Of a stretch of DNA of 64,000 nt, positions 50,335-63,399 are shown piece after piece. Every line of letters begins with the position of its first letter. The stretch's first letter is position 1. The position numbers were made by a program, and so were the translations under genes. Origin of the DNA: Camelus dromedarius (lineage: Eukaryota); the NCBI RefSeq assembly GCF_036321535.1, contig NC_087437.1, positions 16,060,001-16,124,000 of the forward strand, in the 5' to 3' direction. Under the pieces are notes generated by a model. The model saw only the letters and a list, made by a program, of their open reading frames with translations, did no database searches and was not told the DNA's origin.

Positions 50335-51800
50335 TCCTTCATTCTGTTCCTTCCCTCCATCCCTCAACACAGTCTCATTGAATATTTTTTGCATGCTGGA
50401 TGTGGAGTCCCAGAGGTGAGCAGACAGCCGCCCTACTCTGAGGTCTGACAGTCTTAGAGACAAACAGACCAGGCGTGTGCTCACTGATTCACACAGCTCC
50501 CAGCACAGGCGTGTACAAAGTTCAGGGCCAACACAGAGCAGCGTCCAGCTTCTCAGGGAGTGAGTCAGGGGATCAGGAACACTTCACCAAGGAGATCGCC
50601 TCTGGGCTGAGTGTTCAAGGATAGAAACTAGTGAAAAAAAAAAAAGTCACTTTTTGTGAAACTCATGAGAGTGAGATGGAAGAGGGAAATTAAATGCCTT
50701 AAGGAGGGAAACGAGCGTGACCTTCCAGCAGTCATGCGCTGCAGCCAGCTTGCTCTGTCTCGCGAGAGCCAACAGTGTGCCTCTGTTTCCAGCCCCGTGT
50801 TCAGTGACATCGTGTTGGTAGTTTGACATCAGCCGTGGGAGGAGTGTTTATACCCTGAGAATCGGCAAATGCTACAAATCAGGGGTATTTGTTTCTTTGT
50901 TTTCTGGGGAGCTGGTTGTTGAATGCTTACGCGGACACCCAACGTGCAAGGTAACTTCAAAGAGGTTGCAGAGGAACTGGCCCGTTTCTGCTGAGTGTAG
51001 ACCCAGAGGAAAGGGCTGCATTTGTGGCAGGAAGGATTAAGTTCAGAATTCAAGAAGATCCTCATTCATGAAACACTGATTCCCTGCCTGTGATGGTGGT
51101 GGACACTGGAAAACACACTCAATCCCTAACCATCCCGGCCCGACAAGTCATGGCCTGACACAGTCCGACTCCGCTAGAGGAGGGGAGGGGACAGAGCTAA
51201 GACGAGGGGCCAGAGAACATGTAGCCATGGAGGTGGGAGAAGAAAAGGCTTGATGGCCAGAGAGGATACAGGGAAGCAGGTTTGGAGGGCCCCTGAGGAT
51301 GTGGAGGCTTTGGATGGGCTAATGCTCTGCGCAGCACGTGAGAACAAAGAGGAGGCTGCTGGGGAGGCGTTTCTTGAGGGTAAGTTTCAAGGATTAAGCC
51401 TGGAGAATCAGGCTGAGGTTTAGAGATCTGGGGGCTGCGGTTTGGATTTGATCCTGTAGAAGTGCTGAGCGGGTGGGTTCTGAGCAAGGTGGGTGGTGGG
51501 AATGAGGTGGGGAGAAGGTGGTAGATGCTGTGTTTAGACTGGACTGGAAGCGGTGATGGGGAAGGGTGGGTCAGAACTAGGAGGCAAGGAGACCAGTTGT
51601 GGGGCTTGGAAATGTGGAGAGAGTTTGAGATGGCCAGTGCTGGGACCAAGGGTGCTCAGGAAGGCTGCACTGCAGCAAGTCAACTGATCTAAATCAGAAT
51701 GTATCCAAACACAGCAAATAGAGAGGCTGGTGGGCTTGGTGACTGGCATTGATGGAAAGGCACGGCAGAGGGCGCAAGGTAATTTCACATGCGAGACTAG
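50335..51800 (-). mobile_element. Fragmented L2 fossil (pieces at ~50335-50630 and ~51390-51800) interrupted by a MER63-like element
   Basis: tcattgaatattttttgcatgctgg...gggatcaggaacacttcaccaaggag...tctgggctgagtgttcaaggata; aggcaaggagaccagttgtggggctt. Confidence 0.55.
50724..50945. mobile_element. MER63A-like hAT element
   Basis: ctcgcgagagcc...gttcagtgacatcgtgttggtagtttgacatcagcc...ggcaaatgctacaaatcaggg...gagctggttgttgaa. Confidence 0.75.
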
Positions 51801-52054
51801 AGAGAGGTGGTGAGTGCGCTGGAAGTGGCCTGGTGGAAGGAGGAAGGCCGATCCTTCCTCTTCCTCCTGCCGGTGATGGGAATTACTGAAGTCGCTTGAG
51901 AGAGGGCGGCAGGCAATCAGGTTGGTGCCTTTGGAGAATGTCAGCTCTTGGTAACCATGAATCTAATAGGAGTCCCCAGGATTTGACCTGTGGAGTTCTG
52001 ATCCACTGGTTAATTCTGATTGGTTTGACCTGTAGACATGCCCAGAGCATAAAC

Positions 52055-52145
52055 CAGGGCTGCTGGTATCATTGGGCCTTATGGCATGAATAGCACTACT
52101 GGGTTGTGCAGTGTGCAACCGATATAACTGTATGTAGCAGCCCTG
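52055..52145. mobile_element. MER91-like hAT-Tip100 MITE
   Basis: Perfect 10-bp TIR cagggctgct / agcagccctg; internal ggttgtgcagtgtgcaacc. Confidence 0.7.
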
Positions 52146-53921
52146 AGCATGACAAATGCACAAAAATATAGGTAGGGGTGTCACCAGAAGGTGTCATCCA
52201 AGGGGAGAGATGCCAACTGTATTTTAATTTGTAAACACATCCTCCCCTGACTCCAGCAGCTGCCGGTTCAGCATTTCCACAGATGGCTTGTCGTGAAGGA
52301 GAGGAGGCCTGCGGCGAGAGGGCTGAGTAAGGATAGCTGGGGAGAGGGAATTCGTGCTGGATACGGAGGCAAGCGGGCCAGCGAGGCCCACCACTTGTGC
52401 CTTAGAAAAAGAGGAGGGGTTTCTTGGGGATGACTTGGTAGAAAGTCACCTGCCAGCCTGACTCTCCTGGGCTCATTCAGAGTGAGGATGGACAGCGTGA
52501 GGGTCGCCTCAGACTGGAGCAGAGTCGCAGCAGGAAGGGTTTCTAGAGCAGTAAATCAAATAGATGTCGTCAGTAATGATAATGAATATAGCTGGCACGG
52601 ACTGAACCCTCACCGTGTACATACTTTACAAGCATAGTCTCATTAAACCCTCATAATAGCTCGGTTAGCCCTGGGAATTAGCGTGTGTGTGTGTGTGAGA
52701 GTGTATGTGAGTATGTAAACTGGTAAGGATTTAGAGGACAGCTTGCCACAGGCCCTGCTGCCAGTTGAGCTAATGCTAGAGCAAGAATTGAAACCCAGAG
52801 ATGGTTGATCTTAGTCTGATGAAGGTAACTCTCACTACCTGCCGTTTTCACTACTGTTCTGGAAAAAAGCAGCCAAGCACACAGGGACACTGCTCCCGAG
52901 AGAGAACTCTGTCTGGCAGCTTGGACTCCCCAAGCCCCTTGGCTGAGAATGATGGTACTTTCTCCTAGACTTTCGGATGCCCATGTGATGGTACCACAAA
53001 GTTGTCCCCCATTCCCTGGGGAGGGCACGATCTTCCCAGAACACCCTTGTCCCGTCCTTGGTCCGGTCCTCCTATTCTGGCTTGATCAGTTATTGCCTGA
53101 AGAAGGACGGTAATGAGGACCAAGACATTTAGCATTGCAAATCATCTGTGCCTGCTCTATGAAGGAAATAATAAGTAACATCTAGGTATATGGTTGTCTA
53201 ATGACCACAAAAAGCTGTGAGTAAAGAGAAAACTCATTTGCTCTTACCAGCTAGGGAGTAGGTATTGTGGGCACCATGGCTATTAATTAGATTCCATCTC
53301 ATTTGCCAATGCTGGTAGCCTGGTAATGGGTACCTGGGGAACTCTGCTGAGAAGGAGAAATAGGGTTGTGATCAATTAGTAATGTCTGTCCTGGGTGCAG
53401 GGTCAGGAGGTGGTGGAGCGCCGGCCATGGTCTGACTATCCCTGGATTAGCCACAACCGATCTTGCATGGGCTTGTCTGGAAATCATACTTAAAAACTGA
53501 GTTTAAATTCATTCTTCCAAAGTTTCTTTTCTGGTGGAAGCTTGAATTAGTAACTAGAAGCTCCGCTTTCCTTTTCTCTCCCCTAAGGCAGTTTGTGACT
53601 TCAAAATGCTGCTAAAAAAAAAAAGAGGCAATTGTGTGTAGATCCATGCTACACATGGCCAACAGCTAGTGCTCGAAATACCTGCTGGCAGGTTGGATGT
53701 TTCATTTTCAAAAATTGAAAATTCTTCCCTTCTGATTTTATATATAATAGTTGAGGCATTTAATGCTGCTGAACTATTTTTTCCTCTCTCCCTCGATTTG
53801 TCAAGGAAGGTAGGGAAGAGGATCTGGCAAGGAGCTGAAACTTGTAGAGAATAATTTAGCAGCTGTCTGGGAGGGCAGTGACAGGAACTGGCTAAATGGC
53901 TCTCTGCTGACAGCTTCGAGG

Positions 53922-54100
53922 GCTGTGGTTCTCAAAATGGGGCCAGGCATCAGAATCGCCCTCAGGCATGTTAAAACCCAAGTCACGGGGCTCTCCCTAC
54001 CAAGTTTCTGATCCAGTAGGTTTTGGTGGGGCTCGAAAATCCGCATTTTCTAACAAGTTGCCAGGTGATGCCGCAGGCTTCACACTTTGAGAACCACAGC
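53922..54100. mobile_element. MER5A-like MITE with perfect 15-bp terminal inverted repeats
   Basis: gctgtggttctcaaa (53922-53936) is the reverse complement of tttgagaaccacagc (54086-54100). Confidence 0.88.
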
Positions 54101-54820
54101 TGAGAGCCACTGACACTAAGCTGGCCTGAAGCTGGTGAGGGGTCCTAGCCAAGAGGAGGTCCAGCTGTAGGCGAGGATCCAAGGTCAGCTTCCAATCTGA
54201 GTCCAGCCAGACCAAAATTAGGTTGCCTGAAATGACTGTCAGTCAAGGAGCTGCCTGAGAAGAATCAACCGTAACCACTACCCAGTCATTTCCTATAAGT
54301 GTCTATTTTAAATATAATGTTAATGCTTGATTTGTTGAACACATTTTTCAGTTACTAATTTTTATGGAAAGGATAAAAAATGGATGGCCATGATTTGGAG
54401 CTTATGTAAAAGGAAGGTCTTTAGAGCTCAGATCATGGCAGGTCAAAGCACCGCAGACCTCAGATTCTAGCCCTCATTACAGGAAGGGTGTTCGAAAAGC
54501 AAAATTAGTTGTCTGAGTCGAGTATAAGGAACGCAAAGTCAATCACAGGTGACAGCAGTCAGATGGTAAGCGACACAAGGCCTTGGTTTTCTGTTTGTTA
54601 CTTGTTTGAGGCCCACTGACTCCCATTCCCTAGGAGCCTGTTGGGGTGCTGGAGGGCCGGAACCCCCAGACTTTAGTGTCCTGGACTTACCTGGATACAC
54701 CCTCCATGCCCAGGTACCGGCCGCAGGGCTTCCTACACCCCTGGCAAGGCGCCCTGCTGTGTCTCCGGTCAGTCCCACTGGGCTGCAGAAACCTGCTTTC
54801 CTCCCTTTTCTCTTCTAGTA

Positions 54821-55150
54821 CCCACCCTCACTCCCCACCCCGCATCCTCACCCACATCCCAACTCCCCATCCCTACCTCCACCCCCACACCCCTACCCTC
54901 ACCCCACTCCCCACCTCCAACCCCAGTCCCCACCCCCCACCTCACTGCCCATCCCCATTCTCCACTCCCTACCCCACACCCTTAGCCCCATCCCCATCCC
55001 CATCCCCACCCCACTCCCTTAGCCCCATCCCCATCCCCATCCCCACCCCACTGCCCATCCTCACTCCTACTCCCCACCACCCACCCCACTCCCCATCCCC
55101 ATTCCCCACTCCACACCCCACACCCCTATCCCACCCCCGCTCCCCACCCC
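54821..55150 (+). repeat. C-rich degenerate (CCCCAT/CCCCAC)n tract with an exact 37-bp tandem duplication
   Basis: Only 7 G in ~330 nt on +; cccttagccccatccccatccccatccccaccccact occurs at 54979-55015 and 55016-55052. Confidence 0.92.
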
Positions 55151-55652
55151 TGGCTGCTCTTTTTAAGTCACTACCCACCCATGTGGAGTTTACCAGCACA
55201 TGGACCTTGCTTCATGTTAGGAAGGCCCTAAAGTACATCATTTCATCATTTCTTTTTGTCAAGCTGAGCTAAGGAAGCTGAGGCTGGAAGGAGGCACCTT
55301 GCCTGAAGTCAGGCGTGGGGCTGGAGTAGACGCCAGCTTCCTCCAGAGTTTCTTCTTGGCCAGACTTTGTCCCCACTGCACTGGGAGCCACTCAGTTAAG
55401 GGGTGGAGCAGAGCCTCCGAGTGAGGACAGTGGACCAAGAGACTGCCTCTGCAGTCGGTTTGAAAACCTCTGGGCTTGGAGAATAGGAAGCCATTCATTT
55501 GTCAGATACAGGAAAGGAGCGATTTTTACAGAATCACCATCCTTTAAGCCACTGCTTTCCAGTGATTATGGAGCAGGTTTCTAAGAGCCACCACACTGCT
55601 CGATGATAGCCATACAGAACCATCTCGGCCTACCCAGGGAGAGCACTTTTTA

Positions 55653-55956
55653 AGAAAGACTTAATTTTCTTAGAGCAGTTTTAGGTTCCCAACAAAACTG
55701 AGTGAAAGTTACAGAGATTTCCTATACCGTCCTGCCCTCGCACACGCCTGGCCTCCTCCATGATCAACATCCCCCAGCAGAGTGGTCCATTGGTCACGAT
55801 TGGTGAACCTCTGCTGATTTTGTCATTAGCACCCAGGTCCACAGTTTAAGGTTCACTCTTGATGCTGTACATTCTGCGGGTTTGGACCACTGTGTAATGA
55901 CACGTGTCCACCATCATAGCTTTCCATAGAGTAATTTCACTGCCCTAAAATCCTCT
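55653..55956 (-). mobile_element. Old L1MC-like 3' end
   Basis: ttagagcagttttaggttcccaacaaaactgagtgaaagttacagagatttcc...gtaatttcactgccctaaaatcctct; TSD ggagagcacttttta (55638-55652) / ggagagcacgttttta (55959-55974). Confidence 0.8.
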
Positions 55957-56427
55957 CAGGAGAGCACGTTTTTATTTGACAATTTTTAAAAACCGTTTGA
56001 TGGCTATAGCGTAGCTCTAAATTCTCTCCCTACAGAAGAGGTAATTTCAGGCTAAAGTCTTAAGAGCGCAGCACCTGAAGACCAGTCGGCCACAAAGATT
56101 CAGCAATGACGTGGCATTTGTCAGTTAGGGAAGGAGAGCACGTGGCCCGCACGGTTCTGCGTGGAAGGGACTGCTCAAAGCCACACCGGCCTCGGTTTCT
56201 TGCCTCTTTCTCTTCTTTCTCCCCTCTCACAGATACAAAGCCCACACTGTGTGTCAGACCCTGGGCAGCAAGAGGCAGCTTGTGCGTAAGCACTGCTTTT
56301 GAAAGAATTCAAAGGTATAGAGATGAATTCCAGTTACCTCAGGGCCTCTGGCGGGTCCCTGACCCGTGTGGAATATGCTTGGGTGGTTTTTTAGACCCAC
56401 GGCTCGCAACGTCAGCTCAGAACCACC

Positions 56428-56605
56428 TGGTGACCAGGCTTCCTGGGCCTGTGACCGGAGCAGCCACCCAGGGCCCGTGCTCAGGAGGGCCCACGCTTGG
56501 TTTAAGGCTCTGCCATCACAGTCTTGAAATTCTTAATACATTTTGAATAAGGGGTCCTGCATTTTCATTTTGCACCAGGCCAGGGAGATTATGGAGCTGA
56601 TCCTG
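56428..56605. mobile_element. MER45A-like hAT-Tip100 element nested in a MER5-like element (arms ~56380-56427 and ~56606-56745)
   Basis: cagggcccgtgctcaggagggcccacgcttggtttaaggctctg...tcttgaaattcttaata...tgcattttcattttgcac. Confidence 0.78.
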
Positions 56606-57134
56606 CAGACAGCTTTTAAAGATGTCTGGGTGCCCAGAATGCACCCAGACCAACTAATCAGAATTCCTGGAGATGGGACCCAGGCCTCTGCACATTGTAA
56701 GCTCCCCAGGGGATGGCAGTGGGCAGCCAACTTTGGGAACGGCTGGTATAGAACAGAAGTGCTCACCAGGAGTGTGTATGTGTGTGTTGTGGGGAATAGC
56801 AGATTCACGTGGAACATTTTTACAAACTGCACAGACTGTTGTGGAGACGGGGACAAATATTCCGATTCCAAAATATTCTGATCCCACCCGACTAGCCAAG
56901 CAGGAACTTTCGATGAAGATGACATTTATCTATGAGAGAGTCCCACTGTGTCTGCTGTTCCCTGGTGGCTGAGTCGCTCTGACAGTAACCGCCTCTGAAT
57001 GGTTAGGACCTGCACGGTTGGGGCACAGTGGTCCCCGCGTTGTGACCTCACATCCACCACAGCACTGTTCCCTGTGACACTGCTAACTGGACACACCTAC
57101 TAGGTTGAGGTGTCAGAAAGATGGATTCCAAATA

Positions 57135-57245
57135 TCTATACACACACATATAGACACATACATGTACACGCCTATGAATATATACACACTAAGCACACTC
57201 TACACACACACATATATATACACATATATGTACACACCCATATAT
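57135..57245. repeat. Degenerate (CA)/(TA) microsatellite
   Basis: tatacacacacatatagacacatacatgtacac...tacacacacacatatatatacacatatatgtacac. Confidence 0.75.
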
Positions 57246-57269
57246 GGCAGGTCGCTGTTCCTCGGTACT

Positions 57270-57720
57270 TTTCTTGAAATTTTACTTTTCTAAACTACAA
57301 AAGCAATGCTTATTGTAACAGTTTAAACAGCACAAAAGTAACTAAATTAAGTTTACTAATCTACTCCCCCAATCCTATTCCCCCCATACTAGTGTAACCA
57401 TTTTTAAAAATAACTTGAGGTTGAAACTAAACTCATTATGAAGTTTTTCTGTAGTGGCTTTCGGCATACACACACACACAGCCTGTCAGGGTGTCTACCA
57501 CAAGATCACATGGTATCACTTGCTCTTTTCTTCTTCACTTAGCAACGTAATGCGGGCATCTTCTGAAGTCCGTACATGTCACTCATCTGTTAGTTCTTAG
57601 TAGCTTGTGGCATTTCTGCAGGACGGCTGTCCCGTTTTCCAGCCATCCCCCTGGTTATGGTCATATGGTGTTTGGCTATGGAAGGAGATACTGCAATAGA
57701 CAGTCTTCTGTAAAAATGTA
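57270..57720 (-). mobile_element. Ancient L1ME-like 3' fragment
   Basis: Degenerate motifs ttttcttcttcacttagcaacgta, actcatc...tagtagcttgtggcatttc. Confidence 0.5.
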
Positions 57721-59225
57721 AATACTGGTACTTCTGCGTCTTCTGGACAGAGCAGGGGTAGCGCCTCCAGCAGCTGATAAGCCAGGAAGGGCAAAGCGAA
57801 AGCCGCACAAGTCCCTGCAACTGTGACACCTCAGCTTGTGCTGCTGTGCCTGCCACGGACCAGGCATTGCAGGGGGGTGCAAGCCACGGATGTGAAGGAG
57901 ACTTGGTCTGACTCTAAACAGTCGTGATCGCAGTGAAAACCCAGTGTCCCACACACTGTACAGCTCATGTCCGTGCTGAGAGCTTCCTGATGGTGCTTAA
58001 GCTCTACTCCAGCCCTAGGTTCTAGCAAGTTCCGCCGGCTCTGGAGCAGTTTTGCACACAAAGCCCTTTCATGCGGCTTCCTACCAGACCACGCAGCAGA
58101 AAATACAGGAGACTTTCGACGGAATCGCAGGCGTTGGCTTGCTTTTCTAATGCGGCCGGGCATTTATCTGGTTGCTCACAGTTGGCTGCATCATTTTCTT
58201 CCAGAAGCTGAAAGTAGAAAAGAGAGTTTTCTCATGTTTCTCCTCTCAGGCCTTTGACGTGTGTTCTGTGATGCACTTCAAGGAGATGCTAAGCTGCTTC
58301 ACGTGAAAGAACTGAAGTTACAGAACCAAGTTACATCATAAAATAACTTTCAAAAGCACATTTAACGGGATTCGACAGATTTTTCTAAGCAGCTGTGAAA
58401 TAGTGTCACCAGAATTGTTTTTACTCTTGGTGGTTTTACTGCAGAAGTGCTGAGATGCTGTGTGTAGCTCCCGTCTGCTTGGAAAATCCACTTGCTGTTG
58501 AGCCGCCGGGAGCCTTCAGCTGCAGCCCCCTCGGGTCTGCCCCGACCTTCCTGCAGGGAGCAGCTCTTTCCAGCAACCCCAGTCAGTGGCTGAGCACAGT
58601 GGGATGCTGGGGCCTGGGCCTTTATGGAACAGGAGCTCCGTTCTGGAGCTCCTCATTGCAGTCTGGGCTTCTCCTTGTCCACTCCTGCCTCTTCCTTACT
58701 TTTCATGAGGTCAGGTCTGCATTGTGATCTGGGACTCAGCCAAACCCTGCATCCTCTCCCCTATATCCTGCACAGGGTCTGCTAACTTCCCTCCCTAACT
58801 CCTCAGTGTCTGCTTTCTGAGGGACCCAGTCGACGCAAACGCTTTCAGGGCAATGTAGGAACATAAACGCTAGACTTCTCATTCAGAGGACTCAAGCACC
58901 TGAACGTGTCCCCTGGCCCCGGGACAGTCTTGCACCAGGCTCTGCTCAAAGTAAATTACGATCCCGCCGCAGTGAAACTGACTGTTTCATTTCAACTGTT
59001 CAGCTGGGACACAAATGAAAAGCCAAACGTGGTGAAAAACAAATTTGCAGACAGTCTGAAAATTCCACTTTAGTCGAAGCTTTCTAAGACCCGAGGTAAA
59101 GAATGTCTTTGGGTAGTCCTTCTGTGTTTGCCATGAACTGATTAAAGCCAGGACACCAGAGTTACAGTGAGAGGACACTACTTCGCTTCTGCCACCCTAA
59201 TCACCGTTCCACTTGGAGTATCGTT

Positions 59226-59308
59226 TTTTAAAAATTTTTTATTGAAATGGTATTAATTTACAATGTTAGTTTAAGGTGTACAGCAAAGTGATTCAGTTAT
59301 TCATATAC

Positions 59309-59349
<41 letters not shown>

Positions 59350-59546
59350 CTTTTCAGATTCTTTTCCATTATATGTTATTACAAGAAATTGAATATAGTT
59401 CCCTGTGCTATACAGTAGCTCCGTGTTTTTTATCTATTTTATATATAGCAACATGTGTCTGTAAATCCCCAAAGCCTAATTTATCCCTTCCACCCTTTCC
59501 CCTTTGGTAACCATAGTTTGTTTTCTCTGTCCATGAGTCTGTTTTG
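59226..59546 (-). mobile_element. 5'-truncated L1 3' UTR fragment containing a (TA)n microsatellite (~59312-59345)
   Basis: Same 3' UTR motifs as the 7350 copy; probable degenerate TSD ggagtatcgtt (59215-59225) / ggagcatcatt (59549-59559). Confidence 0.88.
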
Positions 59547-59635
59547 GGGGAGCATCATTGTTCTTGATAAGCCGCTTCCTCTGGTGGTCCCCCAGACTGA
59601 GAAGGAAGCGGGTAATGATTGCCTTCTTGTTGCAG

Positions 59636-59883
59636 GAGAGTTTGGAGAGGTGTACAAGGGGCGTTTGAAACTTCCGGGCAAGAGGGAAATCTATGTGGCC
59701 ATCAAGACGCTGAAGGCCGGGTACTCGGAAAAGCAGCGTCGGGACTTTCTGAGCGAGGCCAGCATCATGGGTCAGTTCGACCACCCCAATATCATTCGCC
59801 TGGAGGGCGTGGTCACCAAGAGTCGGCCGGTCATGATCATCACGGAGTTCATGGAGAATGGCGCTTTGGATTCTTTCCTCAGG
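59636..59883 (+). CDS. EPHB1: EPHB1 exon 11 (248 nt), kinase N-lobe: (G)[82 protein letters not shown]
   Basis: Acceptor cttcttgttgcag, donor AGG|gtaagg; GxGxxG loop, VAIK lysine, alphaC glutamate. Confidence 0.97.
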
Positions 59884-62800
59884 GTAAGGGCAGCTCGGGG
59901 GCATGGGTGATGCTGGTGTGGTGGATGGTGGAGGACGGTGGCTGGATTGGGGAGAAGGGTCTGTGTGAGGACAGCCTGCCGCTCAGGAACCCCTGATGAA
60001 ATGCGAGCAGGCACTGGAGATGTTAGCGAGGTGAACATATTTGTTGCTAAAAGGAAAGAACAAAGCAGAGCGTGTGGGCCCCTCGACAGGAGGACGGCAG
60101 AGCAGGGCCTGGGTCAGTGCTTGTTGGACGAGCAGGGATGAATGGAGGAGGATGGAAAATGGCCATCGGCATCCACATGGGTCACGGAGACAAGACATTG
60201 AGCAGCTACACCGTCCTGCGTGATTCACGCAGACGCCGGTGGCCTTCTCTGCCTTTTCCCCAGTGCAGCTGCCCTCCCAGCCCGCTCTCGTCATTCAGAG
60301 GAGGGTTCAGAGATAGAACAGGTTGCCCTTTTCTGATGCCTGGGCCACCTGGCCTCTGAGGAGGTGCTTCTGGGCAGCTCAGGGGAAGACTGTGTCACAT
60401 GCGTCCACAAGTCTTTTCTGGGGTTGATACGGAGCTGTAGCTCCCAACCAGCCAGAGGTGGGGGTCCCTGAATGCTTCTGGTCAGGAGATTGATAAAAGA
60501 CCATTATCAGGGCGTGCCCAAAGGCAGCCACAGCAGAAGCACTTACATTTCTGTGGGGTATCCCAGAGCTACTCAGGGGCTGAGTGATGGTGAGCGTGAT
60601 GCTCGTGTGCGGGAGTGGATGGTCTCTTATCGTGGTGGGGGAGCCAAGGTCTGCCTCGCTGGGACCAGAGGCTCAACTGGGGACTTCTGGACATCCTGGG
60701 AGCACTGGGTCCCGGGGGCGGCATCAAAGAATGGGGCAGGGCTTTCTGAGCAAGGCTTCAGGGTAATACCAAGGAGCAGGCTGTGGCTGTCACCAGCGCC
60801 ACCAAATAGTAGCTGTGGCTGAAGATCGAAGAGTCAGTCATTGAAACATTCATGAGGTGGCTGCTCTGGTCATGCCCTGTGCTGGGAACCAGGCCTGTAA
60901 GAGAGGAAGGAGATGTGGCTCTAATGCTGTGGGACACATCACCCCAAGACTTAGGTGGCTCAGCACCACAACGATCTCTTTTGCTCGTAAGCCGGCAGAT
61001 TGGGCAGGGCTCGGCGGGACACCTCTGTTCTGTGTGTTGTCAGCAGGGGCGGCTCCAGGGCTCAGGCCTGGGATCATCTGAAGGCTCATTTACTCATCTA
61101 TCTCGTAATTGACACTGGCACCTCTCCACCTGGCCTGCTAGGGCTTCCCCACGGCAAACTGTTTTCCAAGAATGCATCCTGAGAACGGAAGGCAGAAGCT
61201 GTATCCGTGTTGTAACCCAGCCCGAAAAGTTGCACAGCACCCCTCAGCCCCAGTGATGGGCCGCCTAGATTCAGGGGGAAAAAACATGTCCCCCATTTTG
61301 ATGGAGGGCGGCAACCTGAGGGCTTCATAAACATATAAGGCATGGGGGTTCCGTCATGCCCATCTTCGAGAATACAACCTACCCAGGGGTCCCTTCCCCC
61401 CTCACCGGCCTTAGTGCCCAAAGCTCCCAGCAATCCTCTGCCTTGATGATATGCTTTGTTTTTGTGCCTGGAGTACGCGAAGTATCACATAGAGAACTGA
61501 AATCTTCCTGAGGAAATCAGGGAAGGCTTCAAGGAGGAGAGAGAGAGAGAATTTCTCTGATGTTGGAGAAAGAGGAATTTGCCAGCTGGGTCAGGAATGG
61601 GCAGGTAGGCCGACAGAACAGCGGGACTGGGTGTTCGGAGGTCACGGTCAGCGTGGCCTGTTCGGTAGTCAGGCTGCGTGGTGGCTCCCACGCTCAGCAG
61701 CAGTGCTTAGGCGCTGCAGTGTGGAAGGGTGGCAGACAACTTGTCTCGAAGCTGCATTTGCACACACTGAAGCTACCTTTGCGGCAGGGAGCACACACTT
61801 AATGCCTCGTCTGGGTTGTCGAGCAGTAGTGGGTTTTGTTTTTCAGGCTGGAGGGTGACTGACGTGAATTGTGGGGCCCATGTGTGTTGCCTGGTACAGC
61901 TTCCTTGAGGGTATGGGTTATGCTTTGTGTTTTGAGACCCCAGCACCTGGCACAGTGAGTACCTGGTAAATGCGAGCTGAATGAAGAGCATACAAGACCA
62001 TTTCTGGAGCAGAAGCGTGTGGGCGTGCGTGGCAGGAGAGCTGGGGCGTCCTGAGTGTACGTGGTCCTTGTGGCCAGACCTCTCTTGTCAGGGCCGGGCA
62101 CGGACCGTGCTTTCCTCTGGGCACTCCTTTGTGAGCAAGGGTGTCATGAAGACAGCCAGCGAGAAGTGAATAGAAGGCCATGTTAGCCGAAAAAGGCTTT
62201 TCTTGAACCAGCATCCAGACCCTTTCAGAAGGCATTTATTTCCTACGAGTCACCTGTCTGTGCTTCACAGAGCCACACGACATGACCTGGGGACTGTGAT
62301 CAGACTCTCTCCCCAGAACATGCAAGGGAACATGAAGATTTCATTCTCAGGAGCCGACAGAAAGTCCAAACCCGGCACACCGCTGCTCTGCACGGGCCGA
62401 TTTCTATGTGGGGGAGGGGAGGCAGGACCAGGGGGCAGGCTGGATGGCAGTGTTTTTCATGATGATGTGGCCCACGCAGTGGGGGAAAAGCCGAGGGCAA
62501 GAGAGGCACACAGGGAAGGAAAGGCTGGCAGGAAGGGGCGGCCGGAGCAGGCAGCGCCAGGAGGTGAGGGAAATGCAGCGTCTCTGCTCCCCGCGCGGCG
62601 TGGAGGCAGGTAATCTATAAATCTAATTTCAGCCTTACTACCAAACCCTGGAGCCTAGCAGCATTAATTGATGTATCTGCTGCTTGATAAAATTGAAAAG
62701 TGGGTCATCAGTTCAGTTCTGCAGGGTCCATCTTCTGGGAGGTAGTATAATTTTAGGATCACCATTCAGAGAAGCGAAGAAAAGGGTTAGTCTTCCATTT

Positions 62801-63399
62801 GTGCACCTGTTCCCTCCCCCCTACACATCCCACTGGACATGGCGGCTTTGAAGACTGGCCACAGCTCCAGCTCCCGGTCAGTATCTCAGAGGACCTGGGA
62901 ATCAGGTGTCCAGTGAACACACTGCACAGGGGTTCTCACAGCCCGCTCATCACTGCTCTCCCATTGCAGGACTTTGAATCTACATTCTGTAGGGATTGGA
63001 AACACTGTTATCTTTAACCACACATTCAGTGGGTTCATCATATCCTTTTTTTTTTTTTTTTTTTAAGGTCTGTGCCGTGGATTAGGTAGCATGCAAATCC
63101 ATAATTAAATATTTCCTTCTTGGGGCTCTGATTCAGGGACTCAATCTTGTAGCTCTTCCGTAATCTTAGGAACAAGCCTTGAAGCCCTCCTCCGTGTCTT
63201 ATGCCTCAGCCAAGAAGGTCAGTGTGCTCCTTAAAGCCTTCATGGCTAAAGCTTGGCTTTGTGGTTATTGTTGGTTCATTCACGGATGGTCATAACCAGA
63301 AGACTCTTGGAAGTTACTGAGCAATGTCAAATGGGGACTTTTACCATGCATGGGAAGCCCATTCATGGACTGGAGTTAGGGATCAGCAACCCAGTTGTC

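Noticed and set aside
54646..55272. Pro/His-rich 208-aa extensin-like ORF
   Set aside because: By-product of the C-rich repeat, which lacks stop codons
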